From Eledone cirrhosa (Eukaryota): a stretch of DNA of 64,000 bases. The notes under the pieces are model-generated. The model was not told the DNA's origin and did not search any database. It saw nothing but the letters and a program-made list of their open reading frames with translations. Where the stretch lies: the NCBI GenBank assembly GCA_964016885.1, contig OZ024740.1, forward strand, positions 99,820,001 to 99,884,000, given 5' to 3'. How positions within the stretch are numbered: the first letter of the stretch is position 1; every line of letters starts with the position of its first letter. A program made the translations under genes and the position numbers. This document shows, one piece after another, positions 14,471-27,334 of this stretch.

Positions 14471-14544
14471 ATACATATATAACATGTATATATGTATGTA
14501 TGTACATATATACATGTATATAAATGTATATATATATATGTGTG

Positions 14545-14622
<78 letters not shown>

Positions 14623-17349
14623 GTGTTTGTTTGCGTATCTGTGTGTAATTCTAAAATAAGTTTAAAGTGCTATTGCAAAAGTGATAAATAATATTTTGCT
14701 TTCTTCTTTTTAAATGATAATAAATAATGTAATATAAATTTTAAAGAATGAACCTATATATAACAATTATATGGAAAAAGAGTTAACAGAAATAACTTGA
14801 TAAATTAAAAGAAATGTTGGAGCAGGGGTATATTTTAAGTTATTTTTCTAACACATTTTTCTTCACTAACCATAAAAAGATCCAAGCCCACACGAGAAAA
14901 TGGCTATATCCTTTCAATTGTTTTTCTTGTCACAATTTATCACTCATCGTTTTCCTTCTTTCAACCTATCTTTGTTGTTGCTCTGAAGATGACGTAGATA
15001 AAAGAACAGATCTTTTCATGCACACATAAGAAAGAATTACGAAAATGCTACAGAGAGGAATGCGAAATTGGGTTTGTTTGAAGACGAAAAGTAATCTTAC
15101 TTACTCCAGAGATAATTTACATTATATATCATATTCTAATAATATTCTTGCAAAATTTAGAACAATATATGAAAACTATTTTCAGTTTAGTTTATTATAT
15201 AAATATGTTTATCATCATCATAATCGTTCAACTGCAATAGTACGCCACTATCACCTTCCTCCAACTATTGCAGGTTTCTGAATCTGTTGTGCTCACATGG
15301 CCGGATGATTAGCCCTGACCATCTGTGGGATTTGTTTTCCTATATGGAGTTTGGACTGAAAGAGCAAAACTTCAGACCAAATACATTGAGATTCTGCGCC
15401 TTTGATTTCAATTTCAGTTTGAGAAATATGGTGAAGTAACAGGAGAATTCATATTAATACGTAGGTTTTGGAACAACGATGCGATCATTTTGTTGATTGT
15501 CAACACAGGACACTTTCAAATTTTCCGTGGTAATCTCCCGACAGACTACATAATTGATTCTAGACATGTAAAATCTGATGGGTTGTTCGTTGATGGTTCC
15601 CATGGAAGTTTTCGCGAATTGTTTCCACATTTTCTGGTATCATTTGTCACCATGAATGTTCATTAGAGTGTTTAATATTTATAGGAAGACATTATTTTAG
15701 TTGAAATCATCTCATGTCGATTGCACACTGAATTCATTTCATATTAAAAGTAAACAGAGTAAAATACAAGAAGCGGATATATTTAAAGGTTACACAGTTT
15801 GGTGCTTTTTGAATTCTATGCCACAAATATGAAAATAATTTTACTTTAACTCTTGATGATTGTCGCCCGGTTTCATTTTATGTTCATTTTAGTTTGTGTA
15901 TATGCATGAGATGTTTTTACCGTTTATAGGATCCTTAATGAAAAGGAAATGAACCATATACTTAAAATACGGATGTAGAAATAATTTTACAACGGTGATA
16001 TGTTTTCATTGTTCATACAAAGACGTGTTTTGTATCATGTTGATGAGATGAAATTTTTGATATTTGTTTTGATAATTCAACAAGATAATGAGTTAACAAT
16101 AGGGTTCTAATGCGTTTCATTGCATTGTTGGTTCAGTGCTGGTTTTGTTGGCAAGTAGTAAACAGGCTGGTTTTCGTCAAGTTCCACCTGTTGTTATAAG
16201 GTTATTAAATAATTGACTTGTCATTTGATTTTCATTACCTGAATGGATTCCAGAAAGGTAAGAACTCAAGAGCTCGTTAAAATAAAATTGATTGATTGAT
16301 TTTGCTTTTATCCTTTCACAGTGAATAAAACAAAAGAAGGCCAGAAATGTCATTTAGCAGCTTGAGAAGAAGCCTGATGGGGAGTTTCGCCAGACTCGAC
16401 TCGCCTCCAAACAATAGGTGTTTTCTCTATCATCAAGTCGAACCCGGGGAGACAATTTCTGTTAGCGTTAAAAACACCAACCAGAAAGTGTGAAGAAAAT
16501 TAAATATCCCTACCAAAACAGAAAAAAATCATCCGCACTTCAATCGAGAAATCGTATAAGGAATATCAAGGACTGAAAAAATAAAAAATAAATGATACCT
16601 GACAATGCAAATGCAAAGTGTGAAATTTGAAAAGGTGATCTCGGGGAAATGTTTGACATTGCAAGCCAGGATGTTATCGAGCGAAAGGATGTCCCATCTG
16701 AAAACAAAGCTTTACTTGAGACGGCGAAAAGATCGGATGCCTGCATTTATGGTTGGTTTGATGCAGAACACGTGAGATACATTCAGAACAAGGAAAAGAA
16801 GATTCATGATATATAAGTAAGAAGGAGAAAGCAAGCTAAGGTCATATATGTAATTAAGATAGCACTTTTCATAGAACAACTTAAGCCTAAAGCATGTAAG
16901 TCAAGAGATCGACATAAAATAATCTCATTCATAAATCTGTTTCTCTTTTTAACTCCAATAGTATTGTGTAGTTAGAAGGTAGTCCTCCTGATTATTTTTA
17001 TTTCATTTTATTCTGTAGCGTGGTTTTCACATTAGATTCAGTAAAGAGAACAGAAAGGACAATAAACTATAGGCCAGATACAAAACATCGTCATAAATAA
17101 AACGATGTGAAAGGGTGCAACCTCTAGATATTGTTCTAGTGATCTATAATTCGGCATCCTTCGTTACTTTATCAAGAGCGTAACCGACATGAGATGATTG
17201 GCGAAGAGTTTACAAATTGGAACAGTCTAATGTACATCCCATGAACCAACATTCAACCGATCATGAAACACGCAGTTACCCTTCGTAAGTGACATATATC
17301 ACATATTAAATTCAGGTTGGCTAGATTTAGCAGGAAAATGCTGTATTTG

Positions 17350-17803
17350 TGTAACGAAGGGTATTAGTAATGGTTGTTAGATGAAATAACAAGAATAGCT
17401 TATTTACTTTATATATAAAAAGTTTTACTTCACTTCAGTCAAAAAGAACAACAAATAAGTTACCACGAGTTGCAAAGGTTGACGATGTTATTTTGTTGTT
17501 GGTTCATGAGGCTGGTGTAGTCTGAGACCAGGAAAGTGAGAGGGTATTGGTATGTGGTTGTCTGTAGACCTCGGTGGCCTGTAAGTAGCGGTGAATCTTT
17601 CACATAGCTATTCTATAGCGTAATGCTCCGATCTCTCTGTGTGTTAGACGTGGGATGATACATGCTTTATATACCGGTCGCTTTCTGTCTCCCACCTCGA
17701 GGATTGCCCACGCATGAACCTGTCCACGCCGAAAAGGATGGTGACCTATAATTTGACTTTTAGGTGTCACCCAGGTTTCAAGGCGTGGACAGATTTCGCT
17801 ACA
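17350..17803 (-). repeat. 3' LTR
   Basis: TG..CA ends; preceded on the minus strand by GGGCAGGGAACTAA (PPT-like). Confidence 0.9.
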
Positions 17804-18797
17804 TTAGTTCCCTGCCCAGATCGATGCAGGAGCAGCGATCGATTACAAAAGGGATAGCGAAATCTGATTCCAGAAGCGTGTCCCAAAGCACACACAATGT
17901 GGGTACTGCGCCCGCATTTCGAGTGCAGAGAAATTTAGAGAGAGAAAAATAAAAAGAATATTGTATAACTGTGTATGCATGTGTGCGTGTAACATTTAGA
18001 AGAAACTGTAAGTATACAGAGTTGTGATCATGTAATTCGAACTGTTGTGTACGGATGGCTGAACGTTTGGGGTTGCGGTATCGGATTACGATATGACAAT
18101 ACAGAGGACTATTTCTCTCGATGTATTATCATACGTAAGATGCCTTTCCAGTGAGTCGAGGTTTACGCTATGACGTGAGTGTGTGCAATTTTGAGTTGCG
18201 TGCCTGAGTGAGTCCAGGCGTGTAGTCCCCGTGGGTGTTTCTCATGTGTTTAATAGCTGTTGCCGTACCTCGACTAGTTGAAAAGTGATCTCGCAGAATC
18301 CGCACCGAATCAAGAACATACCATAGACAACATGTTAGTTTGTGATAATGAAATGTGTGTGAGTATGCAGGCATGTAATACGGTTTTTAAAAATGTTCGT
18401 ATGCAGACATATATACAATGATAAAAAAAAACGAATGTTCATATATACAGTTTAACATAAATAAATGTTCGAACATTGTTTGTAAAAAAAAAAAAAATTA
18501 TAATTGTTCTCTACAAAAAGTTCCAATTTTCTTTTCCTTGAAATTTCTTTGGCGTTAGGGACGATAGAATAGTTGAAGCATAGAACAAAACAGTATGAGG
18601 CGTGGTGGATTGCGTCGGTGAGACTATAAAGATGCCACATCGCTATTCCCTGTTTATGGTTAGTGGTTAACCATGAGTTGCTGCTGCTGATGATGATTTT
18701 GTTGATAGTTGATGGTAACCATGTTGAAAAAAAAAGGTTGCGTGTTGTTTTTTTTTTTTAAATATCACTTCGTATTTATTTTTTTAGAAGGAACCTG

Positions 18798-18821
18798 TTC
18801 GTTCCCGCCTCTGGGTCACCA
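18798..18821 (-). promoter_or_regulatory. Primer-binding site TGGTGACCCAGAGGCGGGAACGAA
   Basis: Starts with TGG 1 nt from the LTR. The plus strand reads like a tRNA 3' end (GTTCG..GGGTCACCA). Confidence 0.8.
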
Positions 18822-18822
18822 A

Positions 18823-19281
18823 TGTAACGAAGGGTATTAGTAGTGGTTGTTAGACGAATTAACAAGAATAGCTTATTTAATTTATATATAAAAAGGGTTA
18901 TTTCACTTCAGTCAAAAAGAACAACAAACAAGTTACCACGAGTTGCAAAGGTTGACGATGTTATTTTGTTGTTAATTCAATGAGGCTGGTGTAGTCTGAG
19001 ACCAGGAGGGAGAGAGAGAGAGTATTGGTCTGTGGTTGTCTGTAGACCTCGGCGGCCTGTAAGTAGCGGTGAATCTTTCACATAGCTATTCTATAGCGTA
19101 CTGCTCCGATCTCTCTGTGTATTAGACATGGGATGATAAGGCTTTATATACTTGTCGCTTTCTGTATCCCACCTCGAGGGATCGCCCACGCATGAACCTG
19201 TCCACGCCGAAAAGGATGGTGATCTAGAATTTGACTTTTAGGTGTCACCCAGGGTTCAAGGCGTGGACAGATTTCGCTACA
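18823..19281 (-). repeat. 5' LTR
   Basis: Direct repeat of 17350-17803 with scattered substitutions and small indels. Confidence 0.9.
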
Positions 19282-20355
19282 TTTGTACGTATATTTTAAA
19301 TTACAAAAATAAAAATCCACTAAAACAGAGGTTCAGCGTATAAGACTTCTTATATAGTATATGTGTAGATGAAGTTAGAATGGTTTATACAGTTATAGTT
19401 TTACCATGGGTTCTTTAGATATATTAATAGAAAAGCACTTTCCTAGCCAGAACTGTTAAGTGAGTATTTTCAGTAGAAATTGGTTATTTATTGTGATTTA
19501 TTGTGATACTCAAAATATGAAGTAATAGGAGCACAGAAACCAATAGCACCTGTGGATGATGGATGTATGTATGTGTAGAGATAAGGATATATGTCACTTA
19601 AATAAGCTTGTAACATCAAATTAATGATATATGTTGGTGGGGTTAAGATTCAACAACAAGAATGGTATAACGATTTCTACTATAGGCACAATGAACACAA
19701 AACAAATTACAAATGACTGACTGATAATCTCACAGATACATAAACCACATTTCCTAGATAAAGCCAATAGGTCATCAACAATATAACCCAACTATTTACG
19801 GCGACTAAAGTGAAACTAATACCGAGTATAGCATAAAACGGATACATAGAACAAGCGATAACATATATGAATGGCACAGAAATATGTTACTTACGCTAGC
19901 CAGAGAAAGACAATATCAGGCCTGCCAGCCTCTAAAAAGCCGAACGGGGAGTACCGTGAAAAAGGTGCCCAAAAACGGAGAGAAATGGGAAGATTTTACA
20001 TAATGTAAGCTATACCCATTTTCACAAGAGAAGACATCACTCACCCACCCCAAAGTGGGTAGATCTCCCCATCGGACGGGGAAAGTTGATAGGTCTGCAG
20101 TATATGGAACAGTATAAAGATACAACGAATGACATTTATATTCATTTAGAATATTTTGGAGTCTTTAATAATTTCCAAAAGTATCAGCTAACGTTATGTT
20201 ACCCATCAATACCAGCCGAATAAATACATGAGGCCAGGAATAAAAGATCTTTTAAAAGACGCTTTACACAAATCATTTATTTAGTTCTATTACACTTAAT
20301 AACAATTACTCAGTGGAAAACAAAAAAACATTATATTACATCCAACATATCTATA

Positions 20356-20463
20356 GATCTGAATATTTATTTCCAACCAAGTAAACTTCCTAACTCTATT
20401 ACTCATTAGAGATCTGAATATTTATTTCCAACCAGGTAAACTTCGAACTCTATTACTCACTAG
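20356..20463. repeat. Tandem duplication of about 55 bp
   Basis: AGATCTGAATATTTATTTCCAACCA.GTAAACTTC..ACTCTATTACTCA.TAG occurs twice. Confidence 0.85.
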
Positions 20464-21019
20464 AATAAATACTTGCACCGACGGTGAAACTATGATTGTG
20501 TAAACTAATCAAGCCTAAAATACTCTAGTAGAATATGACAACTTATATTTTCTCAAAATGCGAATATCTTTATTATTATTAAATACGTTTTAAAATATAC
20601 TATTTTCATTCAAAATACTTTTTTGGTACATTGTTTTGTATCTGAGAGATACATGTTATTTATGGGAGTTAATAGCATTTTATTTAACAAGATTATATCG
20701 CTTCTATTGTACTGTAAAGATGTGATTAATCACTTTAGCATAATATGAAATTTCACTAATGCGAAATAATCGCAGTTTACTTCGCATATGCTGCATACGT
20801 ATGATGAACAATGATATCATACGAGGCGTTATGGTAAAACAATCTGAATATCATCGAACTTTAAGTCGCAATTCATATGGTAAAACTTTTAAGTAGCGTT
20901 TATATTTATCAAGTTTGTACTGTAGCAATACGTACATAAACACACCTACATATATGTATATTTATATATATATATGTGTGTGTATGCATATATAAATAAA
21001 TATATATATGCATATATAC

Positions 21020-21055
<36 letters not shown>

Positions 21056-21718
21056 ATTCATAAATATACATATTCATATATATATATATATATATGCGTA
21101 TATATGTGTAAGTCAGTATGTGTGTGTGTGTGTGTGTGTAACCTTTTGGAACGTGAGTAGATTTGTTGATGTAATGCCAGCGATAAGGTCATTAATTGCA
21201 CCTCTCACAAAACAAAGCAAAGCAAAATAAACAGGTGTGTGTGTGATGGGGGGGGGGGGGGATAAGATAAAAAACCATAGCACAGAGAACTGAGCTAAAT
21301 AATTTAAAAGACAAAAGAGCGCAACAAGATAAAGTAATATATTTTTTTGAAAAATACTCTGTGTAGAAAGAAACCATTTACAGAAAATCATTTCTTCCTT
21401 CCGCACTCATTTCACAATGTCACGTTTTGTGTGATTATGTATAAAAAGAAGGCTGATAGTATATAGTTCAGACTATCACATTTGGCAACTAGATACACAC
21501 ACACACACACACACACGCATATATATATATATGCGTGTGTGTGTGTGTATTATTCAAAGAAGTCAGTTTATTTGTGTGTGTGCGTGCGTGTTATTCAAAA
21601 AAGCGTAAATAAAATGGCTTTCAGGTGAGTTAGTGATGTAGATATAATATTAAATATGAAAGTAGAATGATCCTCTCTGTTTACACACTCACACACATAC
21701 TTGCACACAAACACACAC

Positions 21719-21783
<65 letters not shown>

Positions 21784-22791
21784 CACACACACACATCCAA
21801 CTATATATATATATATATATATATATATTAGCACAATATTCTAAACAAGAAAGGAAGGGAACCACAGTTGAATATAGTAAAGAAGATATATATTTATCTT
21901 CAAATTAATTTACTTTAACAAATTAAGTTCTTATATTTTGCGATTTATTTAAAATATGGTTATTTTCTATCTGAAGTGCTTCCTCATATATTTAGCGGGT
22001 GGTAATGCATTTGTCAATAATGTGTTTATTTTTTGATGAAGTGGTATGTTGAAATGAAGTGATTGGTGGTTGAGTAAATGAAGTGTGTATATTCCTGTGA
22101 ATCGGGAGTTATAGCTGTGATACATTCCATGGTTGGTGGAACCAGTAGTTCAAGATGCTTGTTGAAGTTGATTCAACGGCCTGATATGACAATTGGTTTG
22201 AATACAGACAACTGTTATCCTGCGCTTGTAGTCACTTTTTATTTCCGTAAACGTGTCTCTCTATAACAATTACCTGTCAGTAAAGGTGTAGTGAAACAAT
22301 AGCTGTGCTGGAGCCGTGTCATATAGTAGTAATTGCGCCTGTCGTAGTTAAGCAATCACTTGGAAGAAAATTACAAATGAAAAAAATAAACCACTAAATT
22401 AATTTCTTTTTATTTGAAGGCATGATTTACGACGAAATCATTTGGTGAATAGGAAAACAATGGAAACAAAGTTTGAAGGAATTCAAAGTATGCTTTTGAT
22501 AAAATGGTAATGTGTGATGTTAGTTCGTTGTTAATTGTGTGAGAAATTAATTGAAATTGTCAGTGAAATAAATTTCATTGATGTGGGTAAAGCTGGCTGT
22601 GGAAGTAAGTGATTGTGTCTGTGGATGTGTCAGTGTTTGAGTGAGTGTAGCCCCAGATTTCGACATTATATAAGTTGAAGTTACCTATGAGATAAATAAT
22701 CTAGAGCTTAGCGCCACACACCCTAATTCTTTAGATTATATATTTATTCTATCATTAGTTTTTATTCGATAACACTAAATCATATACATTC

Positions 22792-22853
<62 letters not shown>

Positions 22854-22949
22854 ACCCCGACGGCTGAGCTCAAGCCGTTTCGACGGCTAATTCTGGACTA
22901 AATGAACATTTTTATCCTGGTATATGAATAGCCGAGCTTCTCAGGGGGT
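22854..22949 (-). ncRNA. Type I hammerhead-like motif (inverted-arm copy)
   Basis: ACCCC-CTGAGAA-stem II (CGGCTA/TAGCCG)-GAAA-stem III CGGCT..AGCCG-TC-GGGGT. Stem I is perfect; the core has a C3/A8 mismatch. Confidence 0.7.
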
Positions 22950-24120
22950 AATTCCATATATGGTAAAAGTGATTGTCACAAGGATTGGTCAAAAGTTTGT
23001 TGTTGAGACACATAATTCTATCATGGCAATTTGTGGGAGGAAGGGGTAGCTGAACCTGCCAGTAGAAGAAAGAGGGAGAGGTAGTGGAGGAAACCCAGTC
23101 GTGCGTTGATAGTGCCAACTACAGCAGGGCAGGAGATCAAGCAAGTATACTAGGGAGGGGGAGGGGAAGAAGTCGAAACAATAAGTAAATCAATATGGAG
23201 TAAATATATAGAAGAATACCAAGAATGTTAAAAATATTTAAAAAAGAAAAAAACAATAGCTGGTTACTATTCCCTAATGACAGTCATCAAGTCTCTCACT
23301 GGTACTGCTAAACTATAGAAAAGTTTACTAGGTGGGACGGAATTGTAATGAGACCATTTTAAGAGTTAGTAGTAATCAACCGTGTATATCTTACGGTGAC
23401 AGGTCAACAAGTGGGGGGCCAAAATACTTAAAGAAACTACCACGAAATAATAATTCAGAGTCCTGAAACTAATACAAAATAATTGGTTCTACCCTAGGCA
23501 CAACGCCAGCAACCACCCAGTGCAAAAAATAAACTAATACGGAATAATAATTCAGAATCCCGAAAATGAATACTAATACTATCTCTAAGTGTGCCGCTAC
23601 GATACAAAAATTCTAGTGCAAACTACATAAATGCTCGTACGAAGTATATGAACAATTTGATACGGAAAATTAATTCAGAATCCCCTCCCCCAAATAAAAA
23701 AATATATATACTGATATACGAGAAATTAAAGCAGAGATACCACTAAGAAATGTAGAAAGCACGGAAATGGGGCAGCCATCGGATAAGAAAGCAAGTATCT
23801 GGGGTCTATCAAATCTGCTATAAAAAGCGGAGTCGGCCAATTCTATCATAGAATAGGGGATAGGGGTGGAGGTACTGAGGCGACAAAGGACCGAGGGGCT
23901 GCCTCGTGTGGGCGAGAAAGTGAAAAGGACGACGACAAAGAAGGAGGACTGGGGTGGAAGGACTAGGAAGGAATAGGGGGAAGAAGGAAATTTAGAGGAA
24001 ACGATAAAAAGATAAAAAAGAAGATCTTACGTCTACCTTTGCAAGCAGTGTTTACCTATTACAAAGTCGACAAGTGGGGTGTTACAGCCCTTGTCATAGG
24101 TGTCATTATGGGGTTTGAGG

Positions 24121-24543
24121 ACGGACACCTCCAACAAAGCTTATATAGGATTAACCGCATGTGACTTCAAGACCCGGCTATACCAACACAGATATACTTT
24201 CCGAAACCCGGCCCGGCGTCACGCCAACACACTTTCGGGCCACATCTGTGACCTCAAAGATAACAATATTACCAATGATCTCACTTGGAGCTTACTGTCC
24301 AGAGCCAACTCTTACACGAGAGGACGGCGTCCGTGCAATTTATGCTCGGAGGAAACTTTACAAATACTGTTTTCGACGGACCAACTCCTAAACAAGAAAG
24401 ACGAACTGGTAACTGCATGCAAACACAGATTGCATAGGACTTACCTCGCCCTCAAACCCCATAATGACCCGGAGGGGGTAGACAAGGGCTGTAACACTCC
24501 ACTTGCCGACTTTGTAATGGGTAACCCCTGCTTGCAAAGGTAG
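24121..24543 (+). pseudogene. Truncated PLE GIY-YIG endonuclease C-terminus
   Basis: AYIGLTACDFKTRLYQHRYTF..LSGHI..WSLL..CNLCSEE..LLNKKDELVTACKH. The N-terminal GIY half is missing. Confidence 0.88.
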
Positions 24544-25630
24544 ACGTAAGATCTTTTATATCTTTTTATCGTTTCCTCTATATTTCCTTCTTCCCCCATC
24601 ACTTCCTAGTCCTTACACCACAGTCCTCCTTCTTTGTCGTCGTCCTTTTCGCTTTCTCGCCCACCCTAGGCAGCCCCTCGGTCCTTTGTAGCCTCAGTAC
24701 CCCCACCCCCATCCCCTATTCTATGATAGAATTGGCCGACTCCACTTTTTATAGCAGATGTGATAGACCCCAGATAATTGCTTTCTTATCCGATGGCTGC
24801 CCCATTTCCGTGCTTTCTACATTTCTTAGTGGTATCTCTGCTTTAATTTCTCGTATATCAGTATATATATTTTTTTCTTTGTGGGGAGAGGATTCTGAAT
24901 TAATTTTCCGTATCAAATTGTTCATATACTTCGTACGAGCATTTATGTAGTTTGCACTAGAATTTTTGCATCGTAGCGGCACACTTAGAGATAGTATTAG
25001 TATTCATTTTCGGGATTCTGAATTATTATTTCGTATTAGTTTATTTTTTGCACTGGGTGGTTGCTGACCTTGTGCCTAGGGTAGAAACAATTAATTTGTA
25101 TTAGTTTCGGGGCTCTGAATTATTATTTCGTGGTAGTTTCTTTAGTATGTTGGTCACCCACTTGTTGACCTGTCACCGTAAGATATACTCGGTTGATTAC
25201 TACTAACTCTTAAAATGGTCTCATTACAATTCCATCCCACCTAGTAAACTTTTCTATAGTTTAGCAGTACCAGTGAGAGACTTGATGACTGTCGTTAGGG
25301 AATAGTAACCAGCTATTGTTTTTTTTTGTTTTTTTAATATTTTTAACATTCTTGGTATTCTTCTATATATTTACTCCATATTGATTTACTTATTGTTTCA
25401 ACTTCCTCCCCCTCCCCCTCCCCCTCCCTAGTATACTTGACCTCCTGCCCTGCTGTAGTTGGCAAATATCAACGCACGACTGGGTTTCCTCCACTCCCCT
25501 TCTCCCTCTTTCTTCTACTGGCAGGTTCAGCTACCCCTTCCTCCCACAAATTGCCATGATAGAATTATGTGTGTTAACAACAAACTTTTGACCAATCATT
25601 GTGACAATCACTTTTACCATATATGGAATT

Positions 25631-25726
25631 ACCCCCTGAGAAGCTCGGCTATTCATATACCAGGATAAAAATATTCATTTAGTCCAGAATTAGCCGTCGA
25701 AACGGCTTGAGCTCAGCCGTCGGTGT
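25631..25726 (+). ncRNA. Type I hammerhead-like motif (sense pLTR copy)
   Basis: Same motif as 22854-22949, with one stem I mismatch (GGTGT). Confidence 0.65.
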
Positions 25727-25817
25727 CCTACTCGTTCCTATTACCCACTCTACTACCCTGAGTATTGAGTACTTTGGTGCGTTATGGTACACCTGGTTCC
25801 TTACCACATTTCCTTCG

Positions 25818-25851
<34 letters not shown>

Positions 25852-27004
25852 GCGTGTGTGTGTGTGTATTTCCTAAAGGGGGAGGGGGACAAATGTTGGT
25901 CAATTTAATTGTAATAATTAGTTTAGGTTTTGCACTCTAAAATGGTCAGAAAACTTCGATATGCGATAAATATAACATGTAGATAGATTGTAACGCATAT
26001 CCAAATAGTTTCACCGGCCCTGTACATATATATAAGAAGGAACATTACAGGAAACCCCATATTTCCGAACGAACACTATACAATTACCGATTTCCCAAGC
26101 CCCCACAACCTCCTTATTATTTGGGACCCGAAAGTACTACCAAACTCTCCTCCTCTATCACACAAAACTCTATTTTAATCCCCCTTTCTATCCAAACTTT
26201 TCCCTTGATACTTTATATTAATGTGTTTTAAATTCTTCTAGACATGTGCCTCAGCAGATGTATAAATGGTGTTTTATGACGGGGTTATCCCTAATAATCA
26301 ACTCCTATTCATTGTTTAATTCGCCAAGGCGTTAGGCCAGTATGTTATTGGTCAGAATGAACCAGCGTATCAGCCTTTCCATCACCAGAGGTAACACTGC
26401 AAGAGTGTTGGCTTGCCTCAAAAATAATTGGAGAGGTTTTCCAGTGCTCCTCGCGATATCATTACCTTTTTTCTGGCATTGGTTCGTTTGTCCACCCCTT
26501 TCACCTACCTTGAAAAACAATGGACAGTTTTCATCTGGTGCCGAAAGTCGCTACATATATACTTTCATGTAATGAAATACAAATGCGGATTACAGTAATT
26601 TGTCCTGTGGTTTGTTTGTGTGAGAGAGAGAGAGAAAGTGTGTGTGTGTGTGTGTGTGGGGGGGGGGGGTAAGTCTAGAAGTGGATTATTTAATCGAGTC
26701 AAATTTTAATATCCCATTACATACCCAAGAAAGGTATACTGGAAACAAACGAGATGAATGTAATGTCGTAGCTATATGGAAATGCAGCAACTATCGAAAC
26801 AATCGAGAAATGTTATATTAAGAACTTATGCCATCACTATCGAATGACACAAGGCTGGACAGTGTTGGCGGACGCTCTCTGTCATGCAGAACCCCGGCCA
26901 CAAGCCGCCTTTTGGCGTCAATTTTGTATATTTTTTGAAAATATGATAATTTCCTTTTTTCATCCTCTGTCTGTGTCTCAGCGTGATACATACATATATA
27001 AATA

Positions 27005-27334
27005 CAATGTAACCCCGGCATTCGCGGTCCTGGTTATTCGCGGAATTTCCTCACACCCTAACTAATACATGTTCATGGAAACCACCGCATATTCGTAGAT
27101 TCGTAAATATCTTACGACATTTTTTAATGGTTTTTTTCCTGGGAATATATATTTTTTTCACGCATTTTAACGCTAAATTAATAATAACAATATACCGTAT
27201 TTGCTGTTCTATATTTTACGTTATGTTTTGTCGTTTATAGGCATTTTTATGGACCATGTCCAATATTCGCGGTTTTTCAACTCTTCGCAGGTGCTCTAGG
27301 AACATAACCCACCGCGAATACAGGGGAACAACTG
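27005..27334. mobile_element. pogo/Tigger-type (Tc1/mariner) MITE
   Basis: Imperfect TIRs CAATGTAACCCCGGCATTCGCGG / CCGCGAATACAGGGGAACAACTG with TA on both sides and internal ATTCGCGG repeats. Confidence 0.75.

Larger units (their letters stand above)
17350..19281 (-). mobile_element. Non-autonomous LTR retrotransposon (TRIM/LARD-like, Gypsy-type termini)
   Basis: Two direct repeats of about 455 bp, TGTAACGAA...TTCGCTACA. TSD TTTG at 17346-49 and 19282-85. PBS and purine tract lie on the minus strand. The 1-kb interior has no retroviral ORF. Confidence 0.92.
22850..25820 (+). mobile_element. 5'-truncated Penelope-like element with a 1.27-kb inverted pseudo-LTR pair
   Basis: 22850-24120 is the reverse complement of 24450-25730. 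The spacer encodes a GIY-YIG C-terminus. (TA)n lies on both flanks. Confidence 0.92.

Noticed and set aside
16370-16422. CTGATGG-GGAG..CTCC-AAA hammerhead candidate
   Set aside because: Two core defects and a weak stem I.
15280-16900. Host exons or a transposase remnant
   Set aside because: I could not support any recognisable motif or consistent reading frame.
24100-24543. Functional stand-alone GIY-YIG gene
   Set aside because: The start is a GTG inside the inverted arm and the N-terminal GIY strand is missing. It is a truncation product.
26505-26560. TTGAAAA...CGAAA hammerhead candidate
   Set aside because: No stem I and a poor stem II.
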